From contig JAFTUC010000006.1 in NCBI GenBank assembly GCA_017466445.1, forward strand, positions 1,451 to 65,450: a stretch of 64,000 nt of DNA, read 5' to 3'. Position numbers and translations under genes: made by a program. Below the pieces are notes generated by a model, which was not told the origin of the DNA, searched no databases, and saw only the letters and a list, made by a program, of their open reading frames with translations. Shown here piece by piece: positions 7,934 through 17,536 of the stretch (within the stretch, counting starts at the first letter, position 1; every line of letters begins with the position of its first letter). Source of the stretch: Clostridia bacterium (GTDB lineage Bacteria > Bacillota > Clostridia > Oscillospirales > CAG-272).

Positions 7934-9166
7934 ATGGATAAGAAAAACATAAAAAAAGTCGTTCTTGCATACTCGGGCGGACTTGACACCTCGATAATAA
8001 TTCCCTGGCTCAAGGAAAACTACAACAACTGCGAGGTCATCGCGGTATCGGGCAACGTAGGACAGGCAGACGAGCTCGAGGGTCTTGAGGAGAAGGCACT
8101 TAAGACGGGCGCTTCCAAGCTCTACATCGAGGATCTCACCGAGGAATTCGTAAACGACTACATCATCCCCACCGTAAAGGCAGGCGCTCTTTACGAGGAC
8201 TACATGCTCGGCACCTCGTTCGCAAGACCGGTAATCGCAAAGAGGATCGCGGAGATCGCGATCGCAGAGGGCGCTGACGCCATCTGCCACGGATGCACCG
8301 GCAAGGGCAACGACCAGGTAAGATTCGAGCTCACCATCAAGGCATTCGCTCCCGACATGCCCATCATCGCTCCCTGGAGAGAATGGAACATCAAATCGAG
8401 AGAAGAGGAGATCGACTACGCAGAGGCGCACAACGTTCCTCTTAAGATAAACAGAGAGACCAACTACTCCAAGGACAAGAACCTCTGGCACCTCTCTCAT
8501 GAGGGTCTCGACCTTGAGGACGCAGGAAACGAGCCTCTCTACGACAAGGAAGGCTTCCTTGAGATGGGCGTTTCTCCCATCAAGGCTCCCGACGCTCCCA
8601 CCTACATCGAGCTTGACTTCGTAAAGGGTTCTCCCGTAGCACTGAACGGCAAGGAGATGTCCGCAAAGGATATCATCCTCGAGCTCAACAAGCTCGGCGG
8701 AGAAAACGGAATCGGACTTCTCGACATCATCGAGAACAGACTCGTAGGTATGAAGTGCAGAGGCGTATACGAGACTCCCGGCGGAGCTATCCTCTACGAT
8801 GCACACAAATATCTCGAGACCATGACTCTTGACAAGATGACCGCTCACAAGAAGCAGGAGCTTGCCATCACCTTTGCGGATCTCGTCTACAACGGACAGT
8901 GGTTCACTCCCCTCAGAGAAGCTCTTTCGGCGTTCGTTGACAAGACTCAGGAGAACGTTACCGGAAAGGTAAGACTCAAGCTCTACAAGGGCAACATCAT
9001 CAAGGCAGGCGTATGGAGCGACTATTCGCTCTATTCAGAGGAGATCGCGACCTTCGGAGAAGACAACGTTTACAATCAGGCTGACAGCGCCGGATTCATC
9101 AACCTCTTCGGACTCCCGATCAAGGTTCAGGCACAGGTAAACGCCAAGAACAGCAAGAAAAACTAA
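7934..9166 (+). CDS. argG: Argininosuccinate synthase
   Basis: [20 protein letters not shown]..., the classic ArgG N-terminus. A GGAGG RBS lies at 7919-7923. The track ORF start at 7880 lies upstream of this RBS and within the promoter/ARG-box region, so I reject it. Confidence 0.95.
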   Translation: MDKKNIKKVVLAYSGGLDTSIIIPWLKENYNNCEVIAVSGNVGQADELEGLEEKALKTGASKLYIEDLTEEFVNDYIIPTVKAGALYEDYMLGTSFARPVIAKRIAEIAIAEGADAICHGCTGKGNDQVRFELTIKAFAPDMPIIAPWREWNIKSREEEIDYAEAHNVPLKINRETNYSKDKNLWHLSHEGLDLEDAGNEPLYDKEGFLEMGVSPIKAPDAPTYIELDFVKGSPVALNGKEMSAKDIILELNKLGGENGIGLLDIIENRLVGMKCRGVYETPGGAILYDAHKYLETMTLDKMTAHKKQELAITFADLVYNGQWFTPLREALSAFVDKTQENVTGKVRLKLYKGNIIKAGVWSDYSLYSEEIATFGEDNVYNQADSAGFINLFGLPIKVQAQVNAKNSKKN

Positions 9167-9216
9167 AAGCGCACAATTAACTTCAAATAAATATTTTTTC
9201 TGAAAGGAAACATGTC

Positions 9217-10089
9217 ATGAAAAAAATCTTAGCACTTATTCTCGCAGCAGTTATGCTCACACTCACCTTCACCTCTTGCGCAGGAAGCAAGACCAAAATC
9301 GGAGTTCAGTCCGGAACCACCGGCGAATTCTATGTAAAGGGAAACGCCGATATGGAGCTTCCCGGATATTCTAACATCGAGTGCAAGGCATTCGACAACG
9401 GCGGTCTTGCAGTAAAGGCACTTCTCGACGGTCAGATCGATTATGTCGTCATCGACAACGAGCCCGCAAAGCAGCTTCTGGCAAAGAATCCCGATGACAT
9501 AAAGATCATTGATATCGCTCTCACCACCGAGCAGTATGCTTACGGTGTTGACAAAAATCAGCCCGAGCTTCTCGAGGACGTAAACGAGATCATCGCAGAG
9601 ATCAAGGAAAACGGAACTCTCAAGGCTATTTTCGACAAATATGCAGCTCTTGAGTATGATGATGAAGGCAATGTCATCGGCGGTGACGAGGCTATCGAAG
9701 GCATCGCAAGTGCTTCTAAAAACGCATCCAAAGCAGCTCAGCAGCTTGTAGTTTCCACAAACGCAGCCTTTGCTCCTTATGAATACAAGAAGGGCGACAA
9801 ATTCGTCGGAATCGACATGGAGATCGCTAAGCTTATCGCTGACGAGCTCGGTCTCGAGCTTGTTATCGAGGACATGGCTTTTGAGTCGGTCGTTACATCG
9901 GTAGGCAAGAACAACGTCGACATCGCAATGGCAGGTCTTTCGGTCACCGCTACCCGTAAGCAGTCGGTCAACTTCTCTGATGCTTACTATGAGGGCGCTT
10001 ACCAGGTCCTCATCGTCAAAAAGGACAACACCGAATTTGACAAGTGCACCACCAAAGAAGACGTGGAAAAGATCCTTAAAACCAAATAA
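9217..10089 (+). CDS. Amino-acid ABC transporter substrate-binding lipoprotein (SBP type 3), circularly permuted domain order
   Basis: Signal peptide plus lipobox (LTFTSC). Residues ~27-150 match the C-terminal half of GlnH-type binding proteins. Residues ~177-270 (LVVSTNAAFAPYEYKKGDKFVGIDMEIAK..LSVTATRKQSVNFSDAYY) match the N-terminal half. Confidence 0.85.
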   Translation: MKKILALILAAVMLTLTFTSCAGSKTKIGVQSGTTGEFYVKGNADMELPGYSNIECKAFDNGGLAVKALLDGQIDYVVIDNEPAKQLLAKNPDDIKIIDIALTTEQYAYGVDKNQPELLEDVNEIIAEIKENGTLKAIFDKYAALEYDDEGNVIGGDEAIEGIASASKNASKAAQQLVVSTNAAFAPYEYKKGDKFVGIDMEIAKLIADELGLELVIEDMAFESVVTSVGKNNVDIAMAGLSVTATRKQSVNFSDAYYEGAYQVLIVKKDNTEFDKCTTKEDVEKILKTK

Positions 10090-10787
10090 TGAAGGCTTGG
10101 AATCTGTTCTATAAGCAGTTCATTACCTACGGCGGATACCGCAGCGTTCTCAACGGTCTTTTAGTGACTGTTGAGATCGCTGTTTTTGGACTTATTATCG
10201 GTATAGTCATAGGTACTTTGATCGCTTCTGTAAAAGTTACGCCCAAGACCCGACTTCTTCCTAAGATACTGGAAAAGATATGCGACGTTTACGTTGCCTT
10301 TTTCCGCGGTACTCCTATGGTAGTACAGCTCCTTATCGGATACTTTGTCCTCATGCCCTCGCTCGGTATCGCGATCGACGGCGTTATTGTCGCTATAATA
10401 GTATTCGGTCTTAACAGCGGAGCTTATGTATCCGAGATCATGCGTGCCGGTATCCAATCGGTAGACGCGGGGCAGCTTGAGGCAGGCAGAGCTGTGGGTC
10501 TTCCCTACTCTGTCGCGATGATGAAGATCGTCATCCCGCAATCTATAAAAAACATCCTTCCGACGCTCGGAAACGAATTTATCGTTCTCGTCAAGGAAAC
10601 ATCGGTGGTCAGCTTTATAGCGGTCGCTGACATTACAAAAGCATTCCGTTCGATCGGAGACGCAAACTACGAATACATAATTCCCTACTGTATACTCGCG
10701 CTTGTATATCTCGTTATGGTGCTCGGTATCACACTTGCTATCAAGCTGCTTGAAAGGAGGCTGAGACGAAATGAGCGAAAAGCATAA
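10089..10787 (+). CDS. Polar amino-acid ABC transporter permease (HisM/GlnP type)
   Basis: 232-aa polytopic ORF. Its start overlaps the upstream stop (TAATG). The family region [32 protein letters not shown] is present. Confidence 0.9.
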   Translation: MKAWNLFYKQFITYGGYRSVLNGLLVTVEIAVFGLIIGIVIGTLIASVKVTPKTRLLPKILEKICDVYVAFFRGTPMVVQLLIGYFVLMPSLGIAIDGVIVAIIVFGLNSGAYVSEIMRAGIQSVDAGQLEAGRAVGLPYSVAMMKIVIPQSIKNILPTLGNEFIVLVKETSVVSFIAVADITKAFRSIGDANYEYIIPYCILALVYLVMVLGITLAIKLLERRLRRNERKA

Positions 10788-11628
10788 CGCATCTGAAACG
10801 CCTATCATTTCGGTAAAAGGTCTTACAAAAAGCTTTGGAAGCAATAATGTCCTGCGCGGTATAGATCTTGACATAGCAAACGGAGAAAAGATCTCGGTCA
10901 TCGGACCCTCCGGATGCGGAAAATCGACCTTTTTGCGTTGCCTCAACTGTATGGAGGATCCTACATCGGGAGCTATAATCTTCGACGGTGTTGATATTGC
11001 GGATATACGAGTCGATATCAACAAGCACCGCGAGCGCATCGGAATGGTATTTCAGCAGTTCAATCTCTTTAACAACAAGACGATCATAGAGAACATCATG
11101 CTCGCACCGACGTATGTGGCAAAAAGAGAGCTGCGCCGTACAAAGAGAAAGAATTTCTTTATAAAGCTCAAAAATATTTTCCGAAAAGAAAAAAAGGCAC
11201 TTCTGCCGATCACGACCACTAAAGCCGAAATAACGGAGAATGCCAAGAAGCAGGCCTATTCACTTCTCAAACGTATCGGTCTGGAGGAAAAGGCAGACGC
11301 TTATCCGTCCACTCTTTCGGGCGGACAAAAGCAGCGTATTGCCATCGTGCGTGCGCTTGCAATGAATCCCAAGGTCATACTCTTTGACGAGCCGACCTCG
11401 GCGCTCGACCCCGAAATGGTAGGTGAGGTCCTCGACGTTATGAAGGAGCTTGCACGCGAAGGAATGACGATGGTAGTCGTCACTCACGAGATGGGATTTG
11501 CGCGCGAGATCTCCGACCGAGTGATATTCATTGATGAAGGTCTCATTGCCGAAGAGGGAACGCCCGCAGAGATATTCGGAAACCCTCAGTGCGAGAGACT
11601 TCGCACCTTCCTTTCAAAAGTCCTCTAA
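10771..11628 (+). CDS. Amino-acid ABC transporter ATP-binding protein (GlnQ type) with a ~33-aa basic insertion
   Basis: Walker [10 protein letters not shown], signature LSGGQKQR, Walker [12 protein letters not shown]. There is an extra segment, [34 protein letters not shown]. Confidence 0.9.
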   Translation: MSEKHNASETPIISVKGLTKSFGSNNVLRGIDLDIANGEKISVIGPSGCGKSTFLRCLNCMEDPTSGAIIFDGVDIADIRVDINKHRERIGMVFQQFNLFNNKTIIENIMLAPTYVAKRELRRTKRKNFFIKLKNIFRKEKKALLPITTTKAEITENAKKQAYSLLKRIGLEEKADAYPSTLSGGQKQRIAIVRALAMNPKVILFDEPTSALDPEMVGEVLDVMKELAREGMTMVVVTHEMGFAREISDRVIFIDEGLIAEEGTPAEIFGNPQCERLRTFLSKVL

Positions 11629-11658
11629 TAAAAACAACACAAAAACAACGGAAACAAT

Positions 11659-12591
11659 ATGAAAAAAGTATTTATTGACGGAAAAGCGGGAACTACCGGT
11701 CTGCGAATTGAGGAACGTCTGTCCTCTCGCGACGATGTGAACGTAATTTCCCTTCCCGAAGAGCTTCGCAAGGACATCGCGGCTCGAAAGCAGATAATAA
11801 ACGAATCCGATTTCGTTTTTCTCTGCCTGCCTGACGATGCAGCACGCGAAGCGGTATCACTCATAGAAAACGACACAACTGTCGTTATCGATGCGTCGAC
11901 CGCGCACCGCACAAATCCCGACTGGGCGTACGGATTTCCCGAGCTCGGAAGAGAGTTTGAGGAAAAGATCATAAATAGCCGCCGCATTGCAGTTCCCGGA
12001 TGTCACGCAAGCGGATTTATCGCTCTTGTATATCCTCTTATCAAAAACGGTTTCATATCGCCCGACACTCTTCTCAGTGTTTATTCTCTTACCGGTTACA
12101 GCGGTGGAGGTAAAAAGATGATCGCCGATTACGAATCGGACGAGCGTTCTGCGCTTCTCGGTGCGCCCCGTCAGTACGCACTCTCGCAGTCTCACAAGCA
12201 TCTCCCCGAAATGACAAAGATCACCGGTCTGTCCAATCCACCGATCTTTTCTCCCGTAGTTGCCGATTTTTATTCAGGAATGGAGGTCACGGTCCCGATA
12301 TTCGGCACGTGGCTCGAGGATCGCACGATAGATGACATAAGAGAACTATTCAATGAAGTTTATCCTTCTTCCGGCCTTGTGCGCTACACAGAAGGCACTG
12401 ACGAGGGCGGATTTATCAGCGCAGGCGCTCTTTCCTGCAAGGACTCTATGTCGATCGAGGTTTACGGAAACGACGATCGCATACTGCTCGTAGCGCGATA
12501 CGACAATCTGGGCAAGGGTGCCTCGGGCGCTGCTGTCGAGTGTCTGAATGTCAAGCTCGGATGCGACAAGACCAAGGGACTTGACGTCTAA
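11659..12591 (+). CDS. argC: N-acetyl-gamma-glutamyl-phosphate reductase (short, type-2 form)
   Basis: 310-aa ORF. MKKVFIDGKAGTTGLRI.. and the active-site region AVPGCHASG are present. Confidence 0.9.
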   Translation: MKKVFIDGKAGTTGLRIEERLSSRDDVNVISLPEELRKDIAARKQIINESDFVFLCLPDDAAREAVSLIENDTTVVIDASTAHRTNPDWAYGFPELGREFEEKIINSRRIAVPGCHASGFIALVYPLIKNGFISPDTLLSVYSLTGYSGGGKKMIADYESDERSALLGAPRQYALSQSHKHLPEMTKITGLSNPPIFSPVVADFYSGMEVTVPIFGTWLEDRTIDDIRELFNEVYPSSGLVRYTEGTDEGGFISAGALSCKDSMSIEVYGNDDRILLVARYDNLGKGASGAAVECLNVKLGCDKTKGLDV

Positions 12592-12609
12592 TATCAAAAT
12601 CAAAGCGGG

Positions 12610-12644
12610 ACTTATGCTCCTTTTTATAGAAAGGGAGCATAAGT
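12610..12644 (+). terminator. Hairpin after argC (weak terminator or attenuator)
   Basis: acttatgctcctt / aagggagcataagt with one bulge, followed by TTTC. Confidence 0.45.
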
Positions 12645-12751
12645 TTCTGCGCTGTCATAAAATGATTTTCCAAAGGCTTTAAGGACATTCAAAGCTCTCG
12701 GAAAGGTATTTTATGGCCTTAAAGTTTCTTATCCAAGAAAGGATCTTACAT

Positions 12752-13966
12752 ATGAAAATAATCGAAGGCGGAGTATGCGCTCCGAAGGGTTTCCTCGCAA
12801 ACGGAGTACACTGCGGAATCCGCAAGAACAAGACAAAGAAAGATCTTGCCTTAATATATTCCGAGTATCCCGCTTCCGCCGCGGCAGTATACACTACAAA
12901 CAAGGTCAAGGGAGCTCCACTAACCGTAACAAGGCAAAACATCTCCGACGGCTCTGCACGGGCAATAATCTGTAACAGCGGAAACGCTAACACCTGCAAC
13001 GCAAACGGCATAGAGATCGCAAGCCGGACCTGCGCTCTCATTGCAGATGAGCTTAACATCTCTCCCTCCGATGTCGTAGTAGCCTCCACGGGAGTTATAG
13101 GGCAACCTCTTGACATTGAGCCTATAAAAAATTCGGTATCCTCTCTCGCAGGCGGTCTGAACAAAAACGGAAGCCGCGACGCAGCCGAGGGCATTATGAC
13201 GACCGACACCCGTCTCAAGGAAATAGCTATATCTTTTGATATAGGAGGAAAAGAGTGCAGGATAGGCGGAATAGCCAAGGGATCGGGGATGATCCATCCC
13301 AACATGGCAACTATGCTCGTTTTTATAACCACCGACTGTGCGATAAGCTCCGAGATGCTCGGAAGAGCTCTTTCGAGCGACATTGCAAGCACCTTCAATA
13401 TGGTCAGTGTCGACGGTGACACCTCTACAAATGACATGGTGTGTGTTCTCGCCAACGGCGCGGCGGGAAATGACGAGATCGTTTCCGAGGGCGAAGATTT
13501 CAATGCATTTATGAAGGCGCTTAACACCTTGACCGTCGATCTCTGCCGCAAGATCGCAGGCGACGGCGAGGGTGCCTCAAAGCTCCTCGAATGCAAGGTC
13601 AGCGGAGCACTCGATCTTGAAAACGCTAAGATCATAGCAAAAAGCGTTATCTGCTCATCGCTCGTAAAGACCGCAATGTTCGGCTCGGACGCTAACTGGG
13701 GAAGGATCCTCTGCGCGATCGGATACAGCGGAGCATCGGTGGACGTTGACACAGTCGAAGTTTCCTTCGAATCGGCAAAAGGGGAGATCCTTGTGTGCAA
13801 AAACGGCGCGGGCGTCGATTTTTCCGAAGACAAGGCAAAGGAGATCCTGCTGGAAAACGAGATCGTAATAAACATCCGTCTCGGTGACGGAAATGCTTCT
13901 ACCACCGCATGGGGATGCGATCTTACTTACGAATACGTAAGAATAAACGGCGACTATCGCACTTGA
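12752..13966 (+). CDS. argJ: Bifunctional ornithine acetyltransferase / N-acetylglutamate synthase
   Basis: MKIIEGGVCAPKGFLANGVHCGIRKN.., with the autoprocessing region MATMLVFITTD. I chose the ATG at 12752 over the track start at 12713. Confidence 0.92.
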   Translation: MKIIEGGVCAPKGFLANGVHCGIRKNKTKKDLALIYSEYPASAAAVYTTNKVKGAPLTVTRQNISDGSARAIICNSGNANTCNANGIEIASRTCALIADELNISPSDVVVASTGVIGQPLDIEPIKNSVSSLAGGLNKNGSRDAAEGIMTTDTRLKEIAISFDIGGKECRIGGIAKGSGMIHPNMATMLVFITTDCAISSEMLGRALSSDIASTFNMVSVDGDTSTNDMVCVLANGAAGNDEIVSEGEDFNAFMKALNTLTVDLCRKIAGDGEGASKLLECKVSGALDLENAKIIAKSVICSSLVKTAMFGSDANWGRILCAIGYSGASVDVDTVEVSFESAKGEILVCKNGAGVDFSEDKAKEILLENEIVINIRLGDGNASTTAWGCDLTYEYVRINGDYRT

Positions 13967-13969
13967 CTT

Positions 13970-14053
13970 GTACGTCGGGCGGTACGTCGGGAGGTACGTC
14001 GAGAGATACGTAGGGCGGTACGTCGGGAGGTACGTCGGGAGGTACGTCGGGGC
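13970..14053. repeat. Tandem repeat, 12 bp x 7 (consensus GTACGTCGGGAG)
   Basis: The units are gtacgtcgggcg, gtacgtcgggag, gtacgtcgagag, atacgtagggcg, gtacgtcgggag, gtacgtcgggag and gtacgtcggggc. The array starts 4 nt after the argJ stop. Confidence 0.95.
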
Positions 14054-14069
14054 TCTGCCCCGAACCCCG

Positions 14070-14101
14070 CTTAAGAAACTTTTTGAAAAAAGTTTCTTAA
14101 G
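14070..14101. repeat. Perfect 15-bp-arm palindrome (cttaagaaacttttt ga aaaaagtttcttaag)
   Basis: Read directly from the sequence. It is part of the argJ-argB spacer element. Confidence 0.9.
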
Positions 14102-14206
14102 AATCTTCAAAAACTTTTAAACAAAAGCTTTGAGAGATCAGAACTTTTTTGAAAAGAACTCCAAAAAATAAAACCAAAAATCAGTTTATATCGAAAGGAC
14201 TAAGAT

Positions 14207-15091
14207 ATGTCACTCGAAATAAGTAACGCGCAGCGTGCCGAGGTGCTCACGCAGGCACTTCCGTATATTCAGAAATACAACGGCAAAATAGTCGTAATAA
14301 AATACGGCGGAAACGCTATGATAAACGAGCATCTCAAGGAACAGGTCATGGAGGACATCGTCCTTCTGCACCTCATTGGGGTGAAGGTCGTACTCGTTCA
14401 CGGCGGCGGTCCTGAGATCACAGAAACGCTTAACAAGATCGGTAAGGAATCGGTCTTCCTCGACGGACTTCGCGTTACCGACAAGGAAACGGTCGACGTC
14501 GTACAGATGGTCCTTGCGGGAAAGATCAACAAAAGTTTGGTAAACCTGCTTCAGATAAAGGGTGGAAACGCCATCGGACTTTCAGGTCTTGACGGACATA
14601 TGATAAAAGCCGAGATGAAGGATGAACGTCTCGGATACGTCGGAAGGATCACGGGTGTTGACGTCACTCCCATAACCGATCTTCTCGAAAAGGGCTATAT
14701 CCCCGTAGTTTCGACCGTCGGATGCGACGAAAAGGGCAATGTTTACAACATCAACGCAGATACCGCCGCTTCCCACATCGCGGGAAGTATGCATGCTGCA
14801 CGTCTCATAAGCATGACCGACATTGCGGGAATTCTCCGTGACAAGGACGACCCGGCCTCGCTCATCTCTTGCATTGATATAAACGAAGCCAAGGAGCTTT
14901 TTGACACGGGCGTGATCTCGGGCGGAATGATCCCAAAGGTCGAGTGCTGTATCGATGCTATCCACCACGGTGTAAAAAAAGTGATCATACTTGACGGACG
15001 CGTTCCGCACGCGCTGCTCATAGAGACTCTCACCGATGAAGGTGCCGGAACTATGGTAATAAAAGAAAAGAAGGACTCTCATGAATTCTAA
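14207..15091 (+). CDS. argB: Acetylglutamate kinase
   Basis: 294 aa. KIVVIKYGGNAM and VLVHGGGPEI motifs are present. Confidence 0.95.
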   Translation: MSLEISNAQRAEVLTQALPYIQKYNGKIVVIKYGGNAMINEHLKEQVMEDIVLLHLIGVKVVLVHGGGPEITETLNKIGKESVFLDGLRVTDKETVDVVQMVLAGKINKSLVNLLQIKGGNAIGLSGLDGHMIKAEMKDERLGYVGRITGVDVTPITDLLEKGYIPVVSTVGCDEKGNVYNINADTAASHIAGSMHAARLISMTDIAGILRDKDDPASLISCIDINEAKELFDTGVISGGMIPKVECCIDAIHHGVKKVIILDGRVPHALLIETLTDEGAGTMVIKEKKDSHEF

Positions 15092-16241
15092 AGCTAAAGA
15101 CAAAAAATACGTTGCCTCTACCTACGGAAGATTCGATCTTGAGCTCGTTTCGGGAAGTGGATCGCTCGTATACGATGAAAACGGCAAGGAATATATCGAT
15201 CTCTCGACCGGGATCGCGGTAAACACCTTCGGTCTTTGCGACAAGGTCTGGCAGGATGCCGTTTCCGAGCAGATCGGAAAGCTCCAACACACGTCGAATC
15301 TATACTATTCTTCCCCTTGCGCCGATCTTGCAGAGCTTCTCTGCCAGAGGACGGGAGCACGCAAGGTATTTTTCGGCAATTCGGGGGCAGAAGCCAATGA
15401 ATGTGCTATTAAGGTCGCCAGAAAGTGGGCTCAAGACACCTACGGAAAAGGCGACTACTCTATAATAACTCTCAAAAATTCCTTTCACGGACGCACAGTA
15501 ACGACCCTCAAGGCAACCGGTCAGGATATCTTTCACACCGATTTCGGGCCCTTCCCCGAAGGATTTCTCTACGCCTCAGCAAATGACACGGCGTCGGTGA
15601 GATCACTTCTTGATGAAAACAAATGCGCGGCGATACTTATCGAGCTCGTTCAGGGCGAGGGCGGAGTCCTTGCGCTTGACAAGAAATTCGTAAGCGAGAT
15701 CGCTTCTCTCGCAAAGGAACGCGGCGTTCTTCTTATGATCGACGAGGTCCAGACCGGAAACGGACGTACCGGAAGTCTGTACGCGTATATGCAGTACGGC
15801 ATATCTCCCGATGTTGTTACAACGGCGAAGGGACTCGGCGGAGGTCTTCCTATCGGTGCCACCCTCCTCTTTGACAGAGTTGAAAACACACTCTCGCCCG
15901 GATCTCACGGTTCTACCTTCGGAGGAAATCCGATCGCCTGCGCAGGAGCGATCAGCATAATAAAGCGTATCGACGAGGAGTGTCTTGCGGGAGTACGCGA
16001 GCGCTCGGATTATATATTCTCTTCTCTTTCAGGAGCAAAGGGAGTAAAATCGGTAAGCGGTCTCGGACTCATGATAGGCGTAGAGACCGAACGCGATGTG
16101 GGAGAGGTTATCGCAAAGTGTATGGAGCTCGGAGTTCTGCCGATCAAGGCGAAAAACAAGCTCAGGCTTCTTCCGGCACTCAATATTCCGATGGAAATTT
16201 TGCAAAAATCAATAGAGATAATAAAATCGGTCTTGGCTTAA
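15081..16241 (+). CDS. argD: Acetylornithine aminotransferase (class III PLP)
   Basis: 386 aa. Overlaps argB by 11 nt. LMIDEVQTGNGRTG and TTAKGLGGGLPIGA (PLP lysine region) are present. Confidence 0.92.
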   Translation: MNSKAKDKKYVASTYGRFDLELVSGSGSLVYDENGKEYIDLSTGIAVNTFGLCDKVWQDAVSEQIGKLQHTSNLYYSSPCADLAELLCQRTGARKVFFGNSGAEANECAIKVARKWAQDTYGKGDYSIITLKNSFHGRTVTTLKATGQDIFHTDFGPFPEGFLYASANDTASVRSLLDENKCAAILIELVQGEGGVLALDKKFVSEIASLAKERGVLLMIDEVQTGNGRTGSLYAYMQYGISPDVVTTAKGLGGGLPIGATLLFDRVENTLSPGSHGSTFGGNPIACAGAISIIKRIDEECLAGVRERSDYIFSSLSGAKGVKSVSGLGLMIGVETERDVGEVIAKCMELGVLPIKAKNKLRLLPALNIPMEILQKSIEIIKSVLA

Positions 16242-16395
16242 ATAATACGTTTGATGGGACATATCGGGGTATCGCCTCGAACCCCGCCTGCGGGACTTTA
16301 AAAGCTTTATTACGGTTTTAAATAAATCTTCAATTACTTTCTACTTTTTTGTCACAATAAAAGTTTTTGAGGGTTTTAGAGAAAGGATAATTACT

Positions 16396-17382
16396 ATGAA
16401 CTTAAAAAACAGAGATTTTTTAAAGCTTCTTGATTATACGAGCGAGGAAATAGCATATCTCATCGATCTCGCCGCTGAGCTCAAGTCAAAGAAAAAGGCG
16501 GGAGTCCCCCACAGGCTCTGCGAGGGCAAGAACATCGCTTTGATCTTTGAAAAGACGAGCACACGTACACGCTGTGCATTTGAGGTCGCCGCGCACGATC
16601 TCGGAATGGGAGTCACATATCTCGATCCGAGCGGATCGCAGATCGGCAAAAAGGAGAGCATCGCGGACACCGCAAGAGTCCTCTCGCGTATGTACGACGG
16701 CATCGAATACAGAGGATTCGGTCAGGAGATCGTCGAGGATCTCGCAAAATATTCCTCCTGCCCCGTTTGGAACGGCCTCACAAACGAATTCCATCCCACA
16801 CAGATACTCGCCGACTTCCTTACCATAAAAGAGCACTTCGGCTCGCTTAAGGGCAAAAAACTCGTATATATGGGCGACGCGCGATACAATATGGGCAACT
16901 CGCTTATGGTCGGAAGCGCCAAGATGGGAATGCATTTTGTAGCGTGCGCTCCAAAAAAATACTTTCCCAACGCCTCGCTTGTCGCCGAGTGCGAGAAAAT
17001 AGCCTCCGAAACGGGAGCTGTACTTGAGTTCATCGAGGATCCGATACTTGCGACCAAGGGTGCAGACGTCATATACACCGACGTCTGGGTATCGATGGGC
17101 GAGCCCGACAGCGTATGGCAGGAGCGTATCGACGATCTCACTCCCTACCGCGTAACATCCGCTCTTATGAAAAATGCAGGAGATCAGTGCAGATTTATGC
17201 ATTGTCTGCCCGCCTTCCACGATCTCGGAACGGGAATAGGCAAGCAGATCAACGAAAAATTCGGTCTCGACTGCATGGAGGTCACCGACGAGGTGTTCGA
17301 GAGTGAGGCTTCTATCGTCTTCGACGAGGCGGAAAACCGCATGCACACAATCAAGGCGGTCATTGCTGCAACTCTTGCCTGA
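16396..17382 (+). CDS. argF: Ornithine carbamoyltransferase
   Basis: 328 aa. [17 protein letters not shown] and HCLPA motifs are present. Confidence 0.95.
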   Translation: MNLKNRDFLKLLDYTSEEIAYLIDLAAELKSKKKAGVPHRLCEGKNIALIFEKTSTRTRCAFEVAAHDLGMGVTYLDPSGSQIGKKESIADTARVLSRMYDGIEYRGFGQEIVEDLAKYSSCPVWNGLTNEFHPTQILADFLTIKEHFGSLKGKKLVYMGDARYNMGNSLMVGSAKMGMHFVACAPKKYFPNASLVAECEKIASETGAVLEFIEDPILATKGADVIYTDVWVSMGEPDSVWQERIDDLTPYRVTSALMKNAGDQCRFMHCLPAFHDLGTGIGKQINEKFGLDCMEVTDEVFESEASIVFDEAENRMHTIKAVIAATLA

Positions 17383-17393
17383 GTTAGGTTACA

Positions 17394-17438
17394 AAAACCC
17401 CGAAAAAGGTGAAAAATCACCTTTTTCGGGGTTTTTTT
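17394..17438 (+). terminator. Strong rho-independent terminator after argF
   Basis: aaaaccccgaaaaaggtga / tcacctttttcggggtttt, a 19-bp stem followed by a T-run. Confidence 0.85.
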
Positions 17439-17536
17439 CGTTTGATTTTCAAAAACGTTCATACAATGTCTTTTTCCGATTAACATTATTTTGATATAAT
17501 TGGGTGACTTAATATATGTAAAGCAAGGAAAAAAGC

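Noticed and set aside
7871-8848. 325-aa minus-strand ORF opposite argG
   Set aside because: It is antisense to an unmistakable argininosuccinate synthase and has low-complexity Val/Leu/Asp-rich sequence. The same reasoning applies to 10161-11039, 12679-13905 and 16486-17346, opposite the ABC genes, argJ and argF.
13970-14053. Possible CRISPR array
   Set aside because: The units are 12 bp and directly abutting, with no spacers, and no cas genes are nearby. It is a simple tandem repeat.
13655-14110. 151-aa minus-strand ORF containing PTYLPTYLPTYRPTY repeats
   Set aside because: The repeat is just the translation of the 12-bp tandem array. The rest of the ORF overlaps the argJ 3' end in antisense, and there is no RBS.
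12592-16395. ARG boxes upstream of argJ, argB and argF
   Set aside because: I scanned the three spacers by eye for TGAAT/ATTCA half-sites. The best candidates have 5 or more mismatches to the 18-mer consensus, so none is reported.
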